A stretch of DNA of 64,000 nucleotides from Acidobacteriota bacterium (GCA_013289715.1 JABCZJ010000013.1:43118-107117); one strand, 5' to 3'; numbered from the stretch's first letter, positions 9,612-20,808 are shown. Notes: generated by a model from the sequence alone, not told the origin. Numbers and translations are program-made.

Positions 9612-12023
9612 ATGTCGCAGTCTATTTCAAACGCTCAAATCTCGAAATTAAGCGGGCCTGCGCAACACGCCTCCGCGCCCGCGCGCGAGCCTGTCTTCTG
9701 GCGCGTCGAAGGCAGCCTGCTCAACCTCACCGCCGTCCGCCCCGTCGGCTTCTTCGCCTGGAATTCGCAAAGCTTCCTGGAACGCTGGACGCGCCGCGGC
9801 GCCATGGCCATTCTCGCCCTCGCCCGCCCCTTCCTCTACATCACCGACCGCGTCTTCGCCACCCGCCTCCTCCACACCGTCCTCCGCGGAGTCAGCCGCG
9901 ACCGTCTCGACCTCCTGGGCGAAGAATTCTTCGAATATTTTCTGAAGCCGCGCCTGAAGCAGCAAGGCATCGCGAAACTGCAAGAAGCAATAGCCGCAGG
10001 CGGCGAAATCGTCCTGGTAAGCCAGGGTCTCGATCACATCATGCGTCCTCTGGCAAAACATCTAGGCATCGCGCGCATCATTTCCAATCGCCTCGATTTC
10101 CGCGAAGGCATGGCCACCGGACGCCTACTCGACCCAGTGATCCGCCCCCGCGGCGCCTTCGCCAGATTCACCGGCAGCCAACCAGACGGCCGCGTCCCCC
10201 GCGAAAAGTTAATCAGCATTCTAGGCTTCGAAAAAAATCCGCAAGTGCTCGACGAAGCCGTCAAACCCGCCGAGCGCGCCGCGCCCAAAGTCTACGTTCC
10301 AGTAGTCCACTACGAGTCGCGCAATGGCCGTCCGGTTTTTTCAACTCGCGCAGCCTTGCGCGGAAAAAACATCCTGCTCATCGGCGCCACAGGCTTCATC
10401 GGAAAAGTCTGGCTAGCGAATCTGCTCACCGATCTCCCGGAAATCGGCCGCATCTACCTGCTCGTTCGTCACAACAAAGCCAACACGTCCCTCCAACGCC
10501 TGCAACGCGTAATCGAAGAATCCCCAGTCTTCGAAAAGCTGGCCGAACGCCACGGCGACAAATTCGCTGAATTTCTCACCGAGCGCATCGAAGTCGTGGA
10601 CGGCGACGTCAGCAAACCCAACCTAGGCCTAAGCGCGCAAGACCAGCAAAAGCTCTGCCGCACTCTCGACGTAATCGTCAACAGCTCCGGCCTAACCGAT
10701 TTCAACCCCGACCTGCGCGACGCGCTAGCAGTAAACGTCCGCTCGACAGCCTACGTCCTCGATTTTCTGAAAGAATGCAATCACGCATCGCTCCTGCACC
10801 TCTCCACCTGCTACGTAGTAGGCCAACGCGATGGCCGCGTCCTGGAAGAATTGCCAAAAAACTACACTCCGCGCGGCATAGCCGACTACGACGCGGTAAA
10901 AGAATGGCAATCACTGGAAAATGTAATCAAAGAAACAGAAGCCCGCGCCGAATCGCCTGAAATAACCGAAGAACTCCGCCGCGCCGCGCAAAAGAAAGAA
11001 CACGCCGCCAAAGACCTGCAAGGCCCGGCGCTAGAAAATCAAGTCCGCAAAAACCGCGTCCGCTGGCTCCGCCAAACTCTTACCGACGCAGCCTCCCGCC
11101 GCGCCAACGAACTAGGCTGGCCCAACACCTACACCTTCACGAAAAGCATTTCCGAATCCCTGATCTGCAATTTCCTGGACGCCAACCCGCAAGCTGCCAT
11201 CGCGGTAGTTCGTCCAGCAATCGTCGAATCCTCCCTGGAAAAGCCGTTCCTGGGCTGGAACGAAGGCATCAACACCTCTGCCTCGCTCTCCTACTTGCTA
11301 GGAACTTTCTTCCGCCAACTCCCCACCAACGAATCGAAGTGCCTCGACCTAATCCCGGTTGATCTCGTCTGCCGCGGCATGACCCTGATCTCCGCCGCCC
11401 TAGTCACCCGCCGCCACCAGCGGGTCTACCAACTAGCCACCTCGGTAGCCAACGCGTGCAACATGCGCCGCTCGATCGAACTCACTGGCCTGGGCCACCG
11501 CAAATTTTATCGCGCGCACACCGACATCCAGCAACGCATGCGCCTGCGCTTCGACGCCATCCCCGTTTCCAAAACGCGCTACGAAGCCATCTCCGCCCCC
11601 GCGCTAAAAGCTGTCGTGCAAGCCATCAACCGCACCATGGAACCGTTCGCGTCCAAGCCTCCGCTAGCCCGCCAGGAACGCGAACTAGAAAAGGTCGTCA
11701 AGCTCATCTCCCTCTTCGAACCTTTCATCCTTCACAACGATCACGTCTTCGAGGCCGCCAACGTCGAACGCCTCAGCGCCGCCCTTCCCCCCGACGAACA
11801 AGCCGACTTCGGCTACGATTCCCGCGCCCTCGATTGGTGGGATTACTGGATCAACGTGCACATTCCCGCTCTGCGCAAGTGGTGTTATCCTCTCATCGAA
11901 GGACGCCAGCCGGAATCGCGTCCCCGGCGCTCAGTCCCGCTCGGAGCACGCGGCGACACGAATGCCACCACCGCCGCGGGAGCAGCGGGCGCAGCAAGCT
12001 CGGGTCCGGCAACGGTATCCTGA
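9612..12023 (+). CDS. Fusion protein: degenerate HAD-IB-like domain + fatty acyl-CoA/ACP reductase (NAD_binding_4 'male-sterility' type)
   Basis: The N-terminal 'FWRVEGSLLNL' sits where HAD motif I (F.D.DGTL) is expected. The central part has 'LLIGATGFIGKVWL' (a TGxxGxxG Rossmann motif) and 'NTYTFTKS' (YxxxK), followed by a long C-terminal domain as in FARs. Confidence 0.85.
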   Translation: MSQSISNAQISKLSGPAQHASAPAREPVFWRVEGSLLNLTAVRPVGFFAWNSQSFLERWTRRGAMAILALARPFLYITDRVFATRLLHTVLRGVSRDRLDLLGEEFFEYFLKPRLKQQGIAKLQEAIAAGGEIVLVSQGLDHIMRPLAKHLGIARIISNRLDFREGMATGRLLDPVIRPRGAFARFTGSQPDGRVPREKLISILGFEKNPQVLDEAVKPAERAAPKVYVPVVHYESRNGRPVFSTRAALRGKNILLIGATGFIGKVWLANLLTDLPEIGRIYLLVRHNKANTSLQRLQRVIEESPVFEKLAERHGDKFAEFLTERIEVVDGDVSKPNLGLSAQDQQKLCRTLDVIVNSSGLTDFNPDLRDALAVNVRSTAYVLDFLKECNHASLLHLSTCYVVGQRDGRVLEELPKNYTPRGIADYDAVKEWQSLENVIKETEARAESPEITEELRRAAQKKEHAAKDLQGPALENQVRKNRVRWLRQTLTDAASRRANELGWPNTYTFTKSISESLICNFLDANPQAAIAVVRPAIVESSLEKPFLGWNEGINTSASLSYLLGTFFRQLPTNESKCLDLIPVDLVCRGMTLISAALVTRRHQRVYQLATSVANACNMRRSIELTGLGHRKFYRAHTDIQQRMRLRFDAIPVSKTRYEAISAPALKAVVQAINRTMEPFASKPPLARQERELEKVVKLISLFEPFILHNDHVFEAANVERLSAALPPDEQADFGYDSRALDWWDYWINVHIPALRKWCYPLIEGRQPESRPRRSVPLGARGDTNATTAAGAAGAASSGPATVS

Positions 12024-12035
12024 CACTCAACCACT

Positions 12036-13205
12036 GTGGCCATCCTCCTGACTGGTTCCACCGGATATATCGGCGCGCACATCGCGTCGAATTTGCTTAC
12101 GGGCCACTCCGACCCGCTGAATCTCCTCGTCCGCGCGCGCGACGAACAGGAAGCGCAAGAACGCCTCTGGCGCGCTCTCCAACTGCATCTTGATTTCGCG
12201 CGTTTCGACCAACTGTTGCACGAACGCATCCGCATTTTTCGCGGCGACCTCACCGACACGCATTTCGGCCTGGCGAACGACGACTACGCGCAACTCGTCC
12301 GCTCCACAGACTCCCTAATCCACTGCGCCGCATCCCTGAATCGCAAATCCGAAAAAAGCTGCCTCAACGTGAATCTCCGCGGCACGCTCGAAGTCATCCA
12401 ATTAGCCCAGCGGTCCCGCGACCAGCACGGCCTCCGCCGCTTCAGCCACGTCAGCACGGTAGCCGTAGCCGGTCAGCGGTCGAACGAAGTAGTTCAGGAA
12501 GATAACGCCATCGACTGGAACCGTTCCGACTACGATCCCTACGCCCGCACTAAAAAATTCTGCGAACACATGGTCCGCCAGCTCCTCCCGGACGTTCAGC
12601 GCACGATTTTCCGTCCCAGCATCGTGCTAGGCGACAGCCGCCGCCCCGAAACCAATCAATTCGACATGGTCCGCGCCTTCGTCTTCCTCGCCAGCCTCCC
12701 GATGCTGCCCTTCCGCCCCGGCGATCGCATCGATATCGTCCCGGTAGATTTCGTAGCCGACGCCGTCGCCACTCTTCATCAAAAAGAAAATCCCGCTCAC
12801 GAGATTTACCATCTCTCGTCTGGCCGCGAATCCGAAACATTCATCGAACTCACCGAAGCGCTCTGCAAAGCGCAAGACAAGCGCGGCCCCGTTTTCGTCC
12901 CCAGCTTCGAAAAATCCACCGAGAAAATCGTAAATGCCCTCGCCGGCCGCGCCGGAAAAATCGGCGGCCTAGCCACTCTGCTGAAAGTCTTCCTCCCCTA
13001 TCTTCTGTGGAACACGGTTTTCGACAACTCGCGCGTCGTCGAAGAACTCGGCCGTCATCCCGCCCCGTTCTCGCAATACAGCCTCCCCCTGCTCCGCTTC
13101 AGCCGCGAAAATCATTTCGTCTTCAAATATCGCGAATGGCCCGCCGACGCTCCCGTCCACACCGCCTCCCGCGCCGCCAATGCCTCTCCGGATCCGCGCC
13201 AATGA
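12036..13205 (+). CDS. SDR-type NAD(P)-dependent reductase (thioester-reductase / NAD_binding_4-like)
   Basis: '[14 protein letters not shown]' is a Rossmann motif and 'YARTKKF' is a YxxxK motif. The GTG start lies 12 nt after the upstream stop. Confidence 0.8.
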   Translation: MAILLTGSTGYIGAHIASNLLTGHSDPLNLLVRARDEQEAQERLWRALQLHLDFARFDQLLHERIRIFRGDLTDTHFGLANDDYAQLVRSTDSLIHCAASLNRKSEKSCLNVNLRGTLEVIQLAQRSRDQHGLRRFSHVSTVAVAGQRSNEVVQEDNAIDWNRSDYDPYARTKKFCEHMVRQLLPDVQRTIFRPSIVLGDSRRPETNQFDMVRAFVFLASLPMLPFRPGDRIDIVPVDFVADAVATLHQKENPAHEIYHLSSGRESETFIELTEALCKAQDKRGPVFVPSFEKSTEKIVNALAGRAGKIGGLATLLKVFLPYLLWNTVFDNSRVVEELGRHPAPFSQYSLPLLRFSRENHFVFKYREWPADAPVHTASRAANASPDPRQ

Positions 13206-14626
13206 CCGACCTGCTCCTGGAATCCTGGGTCAGCGGCCTCATCGAGCTCAACAAGTTCGAATGGATGCTCGGCGCCGGTCATGCCTGGCAACCTGGCACA
13301 AGCCTGAAGCTTCTCTTCGCCGGTTACAACGGCACGCGCAACACCGGCTCCGACGTCCGCGTAGAGGAAATGATCCGCCAAGTCCGCCGCATCCTCGGCG
13401 ACGAAAATATCGCCCTCAGCGTCATGTCGCAGAATTTCGATCTCACCCGCGGATATTTCGGCGACGCGCGTCAGGTGCATCTCCCCGACGTCTTCCCGCC
13501 GTTCTTGCACAAGGTAGTCCGCAAGAATGACGGAGTCGTAGCCTGCGAAGGCTCCATGTTCAAGAGCAAGTTCGCCAACGCCCTCACCACAATGATGATC
13601 GGCGCGCTGGGCATCGCCTCCGCGCAAAATAAATTAAGCATCGCTTACGGTGCTGAAGCAGGCGCCATGGATCCGCTGCTGCAAAGAATGACCCACCGCT
13701 ATTGCCGCGATTCGCTCATCATCACGCGCAATGTCGAATCGCAAGCCGTCCTCGGCAAACTCGGCGTCCCCACCGAACTAGGCACCGACACAGCCTGGAC
13801 CTTCGAGCCGCTAGCCCCCGAATTCGGCCGCAAAGCCCTCCGCGACGCAGGCTGGGACGGCACAACTCCCGTACTCGCGATATGCCCGATCAATCCGTTC
13901 TGGTGGCCGGTCACCGCGTCGCTCGCAAAGTGGCTAGCGCACTCCGTAGCAGGCGCATACGAAAAAAGCTACTACCGCACGATTTACTTTCATCGCTCCG
14001 GCTCCCCAGTGGACGCCGCCTACGAAAAATATCTTTCAGAGATGGCCACGGGCGTAGCCGGCTATCAAAAATCGCGCAAAGTTTTCCCAGTACTGGTCGC
14101 GATGGAAATGCTAGATCGCGACGCCTGCGAGCGCGTCGCGCAAAAACTAGGCGGCACGCCGGTCTTCGGCTCCGACCAATTCAACATGTACGAGCTAGTC
14201 AGCATCCTGCGCGCCTGCGATCGCCTGCTCTCGTCGCGCTATCACGCCATCGTCACCACCATGCCCGCCGGCATTCCCTCCGCCGGAGTCACCATGGACG
14301 AGCGCATCCGCAATCTCCTGCGCGAACGCGGTCACGAACATCTGCTCATGCGCGTCGACGAAGCCGGCCTCGCCGACAAAATCGTCGCAGCCCTCCGCGC
14401 CCTCGACTCCCAAGGCGAGGAAATTCCCGACGCCGTGGAGCGCACCGTAGCCCGCAATCTGCAGCTCATGGCGCGTATGGGCACTTATTTCGAAGAGCAA
14501 GTCGCGCGCCGCTATCCGCAATTCCCCGTGCGCAAAGGCGTCCTAGGCTGGGAAGATTATCTTCCCCCGCTAGGCCCGGGCCTCGTAAAACTGCTCGAAA
14601 AACACAGCGGAGTCCTGGCCGCATGA
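13202..14626 (+). CDS. Polysaccharide pyruvyl transferase family homologue
   Basis: '[20 protein letters not shown]', '[17 protein letters not shown]…GTDTAW' and '[20 protein letters not shown]' parallel the CsaB/WcaK-type blocks (GY.G..N.GD / RD..S / R.H..I). The ATG overlaps the upstream stop (ATGA, 13202-13205). Confidence 0.65.
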   Translation: MTDLLLESWVSGLIELNKFEWMLGAGHAWQPGTSLKLLFAGYNGTRNTGSDVRVEEMIRQVRRILGDENIALSVMSQNFDLTRGYFGDARQVHLPDVFPPFLHKVVRKNDGVVACEGSMFKSKFANALTTMMIGALGIASAQNKLSIAYGAEAGAMDPLLQRMTHRYCRDSLIITRNVESQAVLGKLGVPTELGTDTAWTFEPLAPEFGRKALRDAGWDGTTPVLAICPINPFWWPVTASLAKWLAHSVAGAYEKSYYRTIYFHRSGSPVDAAYEKYLSEMATGVAGYQKSRKVFPVLVAMEMLDRDACERVAQKLGGTPVFGSDQFNMYELVSILRACDRLLSSRYHAIVTTMPAGIPSAGVTMDERIRNLLRERGHEHLLMRVDEAGLADKIVAALRALDSQGEEIPDAVERTVARNLQLMARMGTYFEEQVARRYPQFPVRKGVLGWEDYLPPLGPGLVKLLEKHSGVLAA

Positions 14627-16287
14627 CATTCGTCGAAAATATCTTCGCCCGACTGAAGAAATCCGCCACCGAACCGGTGCTCCAGGAAATTCACGGCGAA
14701 AAAATCCACTCCGTCACCGGCAGCGAACTGCTCGCGATCACCCAGCAAGCTCGCAACTTCCTGCTAGCCCGCGGCCTCAAAAAAGGCGATCGCTGCGCCC
14801 TGCTCGCGCCCAACCGCATCCGCTGGGCCGCGCTGGACCTAGCCCTGATGGCCGAAGGAATCGTCGTTGTGCCGCTCTACGCGCGCCAAGCCCCCGCCGA
14901 GCTGGTCGTGATGATGCAAGACTCCACGCCCTCGCGCATCATCTGTCTCGATGCCGCGATCGCCGCCGAAATAAAAAAGTTGTGGCCGCAAGCCCCGCAG
15001 ATTTCACTACTCGAAGGCGTCTTCGCCGGCGAACCAAGCACCCCCACGCCACCCATGCACCACGAAGACGCGGATGTAATCTCCATCATCTATACCTCAG
15101 GCACCTCCGGCGAACCCAAAGGCGTAATCCTCACCGCCGGAAACGTCGATCACATCGTAGCCGCCACAAATTCGCGCCTCGATAAATTAATGGGCCCCCG
15201 CAGCCAGGCCGACCGAATCTTTCAGTACGCTCCCTTCTGTTTCGCCGCGTCCTGGATACTCCTCCTCACCGCGCTGTCGCGTCACAGCGTCCTGGCGCTT
15301 TCCACCGATCTCGCCAAACTTGCCGACGAACTAAAAATCGCCGCGCCCGAATATTTCCTGAATGTCCCCACGCTCCTCGAACGAGTCCGCGCCAGAATTC
15401 AAACCACCGTCCAAGAGCGCGGCGGCCTGGCCACAGCAATTTTCCGCCGCGCCCAACAAGCCTTCGTCCGCCGCCACAATAAACAATCCAAAATCGGCGA
15501 TTTTCTCTGGCTGGCGCTAGGCAATTCCCTCATGTTCCCAGCAATCCGCAAGAGTATCGGCCCCAACCTGAAGGCCCTGATCTGCGGCTCCGCCCCGCTA
15601 GGCGTCGAAACCCAACTTTTCTTCATGATGATCGGCATTCCAGTCCTGCAGGTGTACGGCCTCACCGAAACCACGGCTATCTGCACCGCCGACGATCCCG
15701 CCCACGTCGAGCCCGGCTTCGTAGGCCCCGCAATCCCCGGCGTAGAAATGAAGCGCGCCGACGACGGCGAAATCCTGGTCCGCGGGCCCAATATTTTCGC
15801 CGGATACTGGCAGCGCCCCGCCGAAACCGCCAAAGCCCTGCAAGATGGCTGGTTCCACACCGGCGATCAAGGCGAACCCAATGCAAGCGGCAACTGGCGC
15901 ATCACAGGCCGTATTAAGAACTTGATTATCCTGAATTCAGGCCACAACATCGCGCCCGAACCCATCGAAGAAAAGTTAACGCAACATTTGCCCGAAGCCC
16001 AGCAGGTGGTCCTGATCGGCAATCAACGCAGCTTCCTCGCCGCTCTCGTCACGCCCAACGCCAGCAACGGCGCAAACAAATTAACCGAGCAACAAATTCA
16101 ATCCGCCATCGAAACCGTAAACGCCGCGCAGCCTCACTACAAACAAGTTCGCGCGTTCCACGTCGTCCCCGAACCCTTCACCATCGAAAGTGGCCTGCTC
16201 ACCACCATGGGCAAACTAAAACGCGACGCCATCACCGCCCGCTTCGACGCTGAAATCGAAGCGCTCTACCAGAAGAAATCCTCATGA
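14623..16287 (+). CDS. AMP-dependent synthetase/ligase (long-chain acyl-CoA synthetase-like)
   Basis: It has the 'IIYTSGTSGEPKGV' AMP-binding signature, 'YGLTET' and 'GWFHTGD'. An ATGA overlap (14623-14626) joins it to the upstream gene. Confidence 0.9.
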   Translation: MTFVENIFARLKKSATEPVLQEIHGEKIHSVTGSELLAITQQARNFLLARGLKKGDRCALLAPNRIRWAALDLALMAEGIVVVPLYARQAPAELVVMMQDSTPSRIICLDAAIAAEIKKLWPQAPQISLLEGVFAGEPSTPTPPMHHEDADVISIIYTSGTSGEPKGVILTAGNVDHIVAATNSRLDKLMGPRSQADRIFQYAPFCFAASWILLLTALSRHSVLALSTDLAKLADELKIAAPEYFLNVPTLLERVRARIQTTVQERGGLATAIFRRAQQAFVRRHNKQSKIGDFLWLALGNSLMFPAIRKSIGPNLKALICGSAPLGVETQLFFMMIGIPVLQVYGLTETTAICTADDPAHVEPGFVGPAIPGVEMKRADDGEILVRGPNIFAGYWQRPAETAKALQDGWFHTGDQGEPNASGNWRITGRIKNLIILNSGHNIAPEPIEEKLTQHLPEAQQVVLIGNQRSFLAALVTPNASNGANKLTEQQIQSAIETVNAAQPHYKQVRAFHVVPEPFTIESGLLTTMGKLKRDAITARFDAEIEALYQKKSS

Positions 16288-17087
16288 ACATCTTTCAAGG
16301 CGAAACTCTCTCGTGGCATGTGCTCGACGGCACCATCGAGCTAACTCTCGACCGCGCCCCCTGCAACGAAATCGGTCGCGCCACGCTAGCCGACCTGGAA
16401 AAATTCATCGCCGCGCTCCCCGCGCTGCAACGCGAAACCCACGCGCTAATCATCAGCAGCACGCGCAAAGAAGGTTTCTGCGCCGGAGCCGATCTCCGCG
16501 AAACTTACCGCGTAGCCCAGCAGCTTCCGAAGAACGACCGCCTGGCCGCTCTCCGCGATTTCCTCGAACGCATCCATGATGTGATGAACACTCTCGACGA
16601 AGCTCCCCTCACCACCATCGCCGCAGTCCACGGCGTCACCTTCGGCGGCGGCTTCGAACTAGCGCTAACCTGCGACCTGATCATCGCCGATAAAATGACG
16701 CGCTTCTGCTTCCCTGAGCTTCGTCTCGGCCTGATTCCCGGCTTCGGCGGAATTCCCCGCCTCAAGCGCGACCTCGGAAACGCCATAGTCCGCGACCTGC
16801 TTCTAACCGGCCGCAGCATCAACGCCGCAAAAGCCCAATCGGTCGGCCTCGTCAGCCAAGTAGCAGCCGAAGGCGACGCCCTCCGCGTAGCGCGATCCAC
16901 CGCCGCGCAGCTAAAAAAATTCGATCGCGGCACCGCCATCGCCGCCAAAAAATTCATCAAGCCAATCCCCCACGACGAGCTCCGCCGCGAAATCGAGATC
17001 TTTTGCGACCTTTTCATGCGCCCCGCGGTAGACGCCGGCCTGCGCAAGTTTGTCGAAAGCACCGACGCGCTCCCCTATCTCCCCTAG
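16284..17087 (+). CDS. Enoyl-CoA hydratase/isomerase (crotonase) family protein
   Basis: 'FCAGADL' and '[15 protein letters not shown]' are crotonase oxyanion-hole blocks. An ATGA overlap lies at 16284-16287. Confidence 0.9.
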   Translation: MNIFQGETLSWHVLDGTIELTLDRAPCNEIGRATLADLEKFIAALPALQRETHALIISSTRKEGFCAGADLRETYRVAQQLPKNDRLAALRDFLERIHDVMNTLDEAPLTTIAAVHGVTFGGGFELALTCDLIIADKMTRFCFPELRLGLIPGFGGIPRLKRDLGNAIVRDLLLTGRSINAAKAQSVGLVSQVAAEGDALRVARSTAAQLKKFDRGTAIAAKKFIKPIPHDELRREIEIFCDLFMRPAVDAGLRKFVESTDALPYLP

Positions 17088-17140
17088 CCCCGCGCACCAA
17101 CCATGCCGACCCAAGCAAAATTGTGGCAAGATAGAAAGAC

Positions 17141-17383
17141 ATGAACACCCTGGACAAAACCACCGACGAAGTCCTGCGCCTAGCCGCCGAACATTTCAAA
17201 GTGCAGCGCGAGCAGCTCGCTCCCGACGACGATTTGTTCAAAAAACTCGGTATCAACAGCCTCCAGGCCCTGGACCTCCTGACCCGCATCGAACAGCATT
17301 TCCAGATCGAGCTCCCCGACTACGAACTCCAGGGCGTAACCGACTTCCGCACCCTCGCCCAACGGATTCAATCACGCCTGTAA
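17141..17383 (+). CDS. Stand-alone acyl carrier protein
   Basis: 80 aa and acidic. '[16 protein letters not shown]' places a Ser at the phosphopantetheine-attachment position (the DSL-type motif, here NSL). Confidence 0.8.
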   Translation: MNTLDKTTDEVLRLAAEHFKVQREQLAPDDDLFKKLGINSLQALDLLTRIEQHFQIELPDYELQGVTDFRTLAQRIQSRL

Positions 17384-19092
17384 TGCTGGATCTTCGCCAA
17401 TTCAACTCGCTAGGGGAAGCGCTGCGCGCCGCACTAGATCGCTGGCCAAACGAAATCTGCCTCATCGAAGCCGATCGCGATCGTGAAAACGCGCGCCTCA
17501 CCTATCGCCAATTCAAAGAACAAGCGTTGCCCCTGGCGAGCGTGCTCCAAAATGCCGGACTGCGGGACAGCACACGCGCCGCCATAATTATGACCAATCA
17601 GTCCAAGTGGTTGATCTCCGCCTACGCGATTTTCTTCTGCGGCGGCGTCCTGGTCCCGCTCGATTACAAACTAACGGCCGCTGAACAACTGCAGCTTCTC
17701 GCCCATTCACGCGCGGAATTTCTGGTGATCGAATACCACCTGTGGCGCGCAATGACGCAATCCGAGCAATTCAAAGATCTAGCCGTGCACACGGTGCTGG
17801 TGACGGAAGCTCCGACGGGCGCTGATCTAGCAGGCGCGAATCGCTGGGAAGATTTTCGCGCCGCAGCCGAACCAACATTCATCCCGCGCAAACGCAACGA
17901 CCCCGCGTGCATCGTCTATTCCTCCGGCACCGGCGGACGCCCCAAAGGCTGCGTCCTCACTCACGAAAATTATCTCGAGCAATGCGTCGCCCTTACCTCG
18001 CTCTATCCCTTCTGGCCCGGCGTGCGCTACCTCAGCATTCTCCCCACGAATCACGCAATCGATTTCATGGTCGGCTTCATCGGCCCCTTCACCTGCGGCG
18101 CCACGGTCGTTCATCTGCGCACCCTGCGCCCCGAATTCATTCGCGAAGCCTTTACAAAATACAAAATCACCTACATGGCCCTGGTGCCCATGGTTCTGAA
18201 AAATCTAGAACGCGGCCTGCGCCAAAGATTCACGGATCTGCCAAAGGGCAAACGGAAAATCCTCAACGCGCTAATCGCAACCAACCGCGCCTTGACCCGC
18301 CGTCGCCCCCACCTGAAAATCAGCCGCGCGTTACTGCCGCAAGTCCATCGAGCTTTCGGCGGCGAACTTCGCGCCCTGTTCGTAGGCGGCGCTTTCACCG
18401 AACCCGAAACTCTGCAATTTTTCTACGATCTGGGAATCCCAGTAGGCAATGGCTACGGCTGCACCGAAGCCGGCACAGTGATCACCGTCAACGACCTGAA
18501 GCCTTTCCGGGGCGACACCGTGGGTAAGCCCCTTCCCGGCATGGAAGTGAAAATTGCAAATCCAGGCGCCGAGGGAATCGGCGAAGTAACGGTTCGCAGC
18601 CGCACACTCATGTCGCATTACCTCGACGATCCCGAAATGACCGCCGAAACCATCGTGGACAGCTGGCTCATGACCGGCGACCTCGGCCGCCTCGATCCCT
18701 CCGGCCATCTGCAACTCTTCGGCCGCAAGAAAAACATGATCGTCACCGAAGAAGGCAAAAATATTTATCCCGAAGACGTCGAAACCTATTTCGCCGGCCT
18801 CTCCGTAAAGGAATTCTGCGTCTTCGCCGCAAACTATCTGTGGCCAGCCCGCACCATGGTCGGCGAACAGCTCGTCCTCGTGCTGCATCCGGAAACCGGG
18901 CAAGAAATTACCGAAGCGCTCGTGAAAGACGTCGCCGAACGCAATCGCCGCCTCCTGAATTACAAACGCATCAGCGGCTATCTCCCCTGGGACCGCGATT
19001 TCCCGCTAACCGCCTCCCTGAAAAGCAAGCGCGCCGAACTAGCCGAACAAATCCGCCAATATCGCGATCGCAACGCCGTGGTGCCGCTATGA
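17383..19092 (+). CDS. AMP-dependent synthetase/ligase (candidate acyl-ACP/fatty-acyl-AMP ligase partner of the ACP)
   Basis: It has '[14 protein letters not shown]', 'YGCTEAG' and 'WLMTGDLG'. The ATG overlaps the ACP stop (TAATG, 17381-17385). Confidence 0.9.
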   Translation: MLDLRQFNSLGEALRAALDRWPNEICLIEADRDRENARLTYRQFKEQALPLASVLQNAGLRDSTRAAIIMTNQSKWLISAYAIFFCGGVLVPLDYKLTAAEQLQLLAHSRAEFLVIEYHLWRAMTQSEQFKDLAVHTVLVTEAPTGADLAGANRWEDFRAAAEPTFIPRKRNDPACIVYSSGTGGRPKGCVLTHENYLEQCVALTSLYPFWPGVRYLSILPTNHAIDFMVGFIGPFTCGATVVHLRTLRPEFIREAFTKYKITYMALVPMVLKNLERGLRQRFTDLPKGKRKILNALIATNRALTRRRPHLKISRALLPQVHRAFGGELRALFVGGAFTEPETLQFFYDLGIPVGNGYGCTEAGTVITVNDLKPFRGDTVGKPLPGMEVKIANPGAEGIGEVTVRSRTLMSHYLDDPEMTAETIVDSWLMTGDLGRLDPSGHLQLFGRKKNMIVTEEGKNIYPEDVETYFAGLSVKEFCVFAANYLWPARTMVGEQLVLVLHPETGQEITEALVKDVAERNRRLLNYKRISGYLPWDRDFPLTASLKSKRAELAEQIRQYRDRNAVVPL

Positions 19093-19129
19093 TTCACAGG
19101 ACGCTCCTTCAGCCGGAGCGCTCGCGCCG

Positions 19130-20032
19130 GTGAGCACGCAATTTCTAGCCATCGTGAATCCCGCAGCCGGCGGCGGCCGTTCCGGCCAACTCGCCGCGGG
19201 CATGTTAGAAAAAGTCCGCAATATCGGAATTGCTCTGGCCGTAAAGCACACAACTCGATCCGGCGAAGCCACCGAAATCGCGCGCCAAGCCTACCGCCAA
19301 GGGATCCGCAATTTCCTGGCGGTCGGCGGAGACGGCACCTCCTTCGAAATCCTCAACGGTCTGTTCCCGGATGCCGAAACGCGCGGCCGCCCCACGCTAG
19401 GCTTCCTCCCGCTCGGCACCGGCAATTCATTTCTGAAAGATTTCACAGAGCGCGGTGTCGAACACACCATCGCAGCCCTAAAAAAAAATACCCGCCGACC
19501 CTGCGACGTCATCAGGCTCCGCCACGCTCAAGGCGAACTATATTTCCTCAATCTCCTCACACTCGGCTTCCCCGCCGACGTCGCCGAAACCAGCAACCGC
19601 CGCTTCAAGCGCTGGGGCGAACTCGGTTACATCCTCGGCGTTTTCACGCGCCTCCTACGGCTCGAGCATCTAGCATTTCCGCATCACCTCGCCGAAACAA
19701 AAGAATGGAATCGCAATCCCGTCCTCTTCTTAACTTTCAACAACAGCAAATTCACCGGCGGCCACATGATGATCGCCCCCGACGCCGATCCCACCGACGG
19801 CCTGATCGAATACGTCCGCTGGGGCCCCATCGGCCGCCTCGGCCTCATCTGGACCCTGCCGCGCCTCTTCACCGGCACACACATTCGTCATCGCAAAGCC
19901 TCCCGCGCCGCTACGAAGCGCATCGATTTCGAACTCGCCGGCCCGGTAAACGTAATGGTGGACGGCGAAAGCATGCGCCTGGAATGCCAGCTCCTGGAAA
20001 TTCTTCCGGCCGCGCTGGACGTGATCGTATGA
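19130..20032 (+). CDS. Diacylglycerol-kinase-catalytic-domain lipid kinase (YegS/BmrU-like)
   Basis: 'FLAIVNPAAGGG' and 'LAVGGDGTSFEILNG' are DAGK_cat signatures. The start is GTG. Confidence 0.85.
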   Translation: MSTQFLAIVNPAAGGGRSGQLAAGMLEKVRNIGIALAVKHTTRSGEATEIARQAYRQGIRNFLAVGGDGTSFEILNGLFPDAETRGRPTLGFLPLGTGNSFLKDFTERGVEHTIAALKKNTRRPCDVIRLRHAQGELYFLNLLTLGFPADVAETSNRRFKRWGELGYILGVFTRLLRLEHLAFPHHLAETKEWNRNPVLFLTFNNSKFTGGHMMIAPDADPTDGLIEYVRWGPIGRLGLIWTLPRLFTGTHIRHRKASRAATKRIDFELAGPVNVMVDGESMRLECQLLEILPAALDVIV

Positions 20033-20778
20033 AGCAAGCCTATCGCAACGCCCGCTCGGCCCTCCTGTGGGCTGCAAGCGGATTACATTTTGCGGTGGTG
20101 GGAACAATTCTCATTCTGCTCGGCGCTGTCGTCGACCCACGCAAGAACGACTGGCCGCAGCGCGCATTCTTCCGCAATATTCTCCGTCTCGCAGGCGCGC
20201 GCTTCGAAGTGCGTCGCGCCCCGGGATTCGACGCTACTCGCACCAGCATTTTCATCTGCAATCACGTAAATCTCTTCGACCCGTTCGTGATCTACTCTGC
20301 CGTCCCGCAATTCCTGCGCGGCTTCGAACTGGAATCGCACTTCAAAGTGCCGGTCTACGGCTGGATGATGGGCCGCTTCGGAAATATTCCCGTGCCCGAC
20401 GCGCCCAGCCGCGAAGGCCTGGAAATCATGACGCAACGCGCCAAAGCCGCGCTCGATTCTGGCGTCAGCCTGGTCGCTTTCGCCGAAGGCTCGCGCACCC
20501 GCGACGGCCACGTCCGACTCTTCAAGAAAGGTATCTTCAGCATCGCGCAAAGATTCGGAATTCCCATCGTGCCCGTAAGCATGGTCGGCTCCTACCAATT
20601 CTTCCAAACCGGCCACTGGATGCTGCATCCAGAAAAAATCACGGTCTATCTGCACGATACGATTGACACGACGAAGATCGCGCGCGCCGACGTAGACGCG
20701 CTGCGCCAGCGCGTGCAGGAAATTGTTTCGAGCCCAGTGGAAAAATCGCTGCAGGAAAACCCTGTGAAGAAATTCTAA
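20029..20778 (+). CDS. 1-acyl-sn-glycerol-3-phosphate acyltransferase family (PlsC-like)
   Basis: It has 'FICNHVNLFDP' (the HX4D motif), 'FAEGSRTRDG' and 'IPIVPV', plus an N-terminal TM segment. An ATGA overlap lies at 20029-20032. Confidence 0.85.
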   Translation: MKQAYRNARSALLWAASGLHFAVVGTILILLGAVVDPRKNDWPQRAFFRNILRLAGARFEVRRAPGFDATRTSIFICNHVNLFDPFVIYSAVPQFLRGFELESHFKVPVYGWMMGRFGNIPVPDAPSREGLEIMTQRAKAALDSGVSLVAFAEGSRTRDGHVRLFKKGIFSIAQRFGIPIVPVSMVGSYQFFQTGHWMLHPEKITVYLHDTIDTTKIARADVDALRQRVQEIVSSPVEKSLQENPVKKF

Positions 20779-20808
20779 AAACTTTCGCGCCAAACCGCGC
20801 GCCCCGCG

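Noticed and set aside
13007-13201. N-terminal extensions in the ORF track for real genes (13007, 13702, 17050, 19705, 44939, 56028, 7483, 9546, 21534, 40926).
   Set aside because: The extended parts are Arg/Pro-rich or run through repeats or upstream genes. Internal ATG/GTG starts give native N-termini, SD sequences or 4-nt coupling overlaps.
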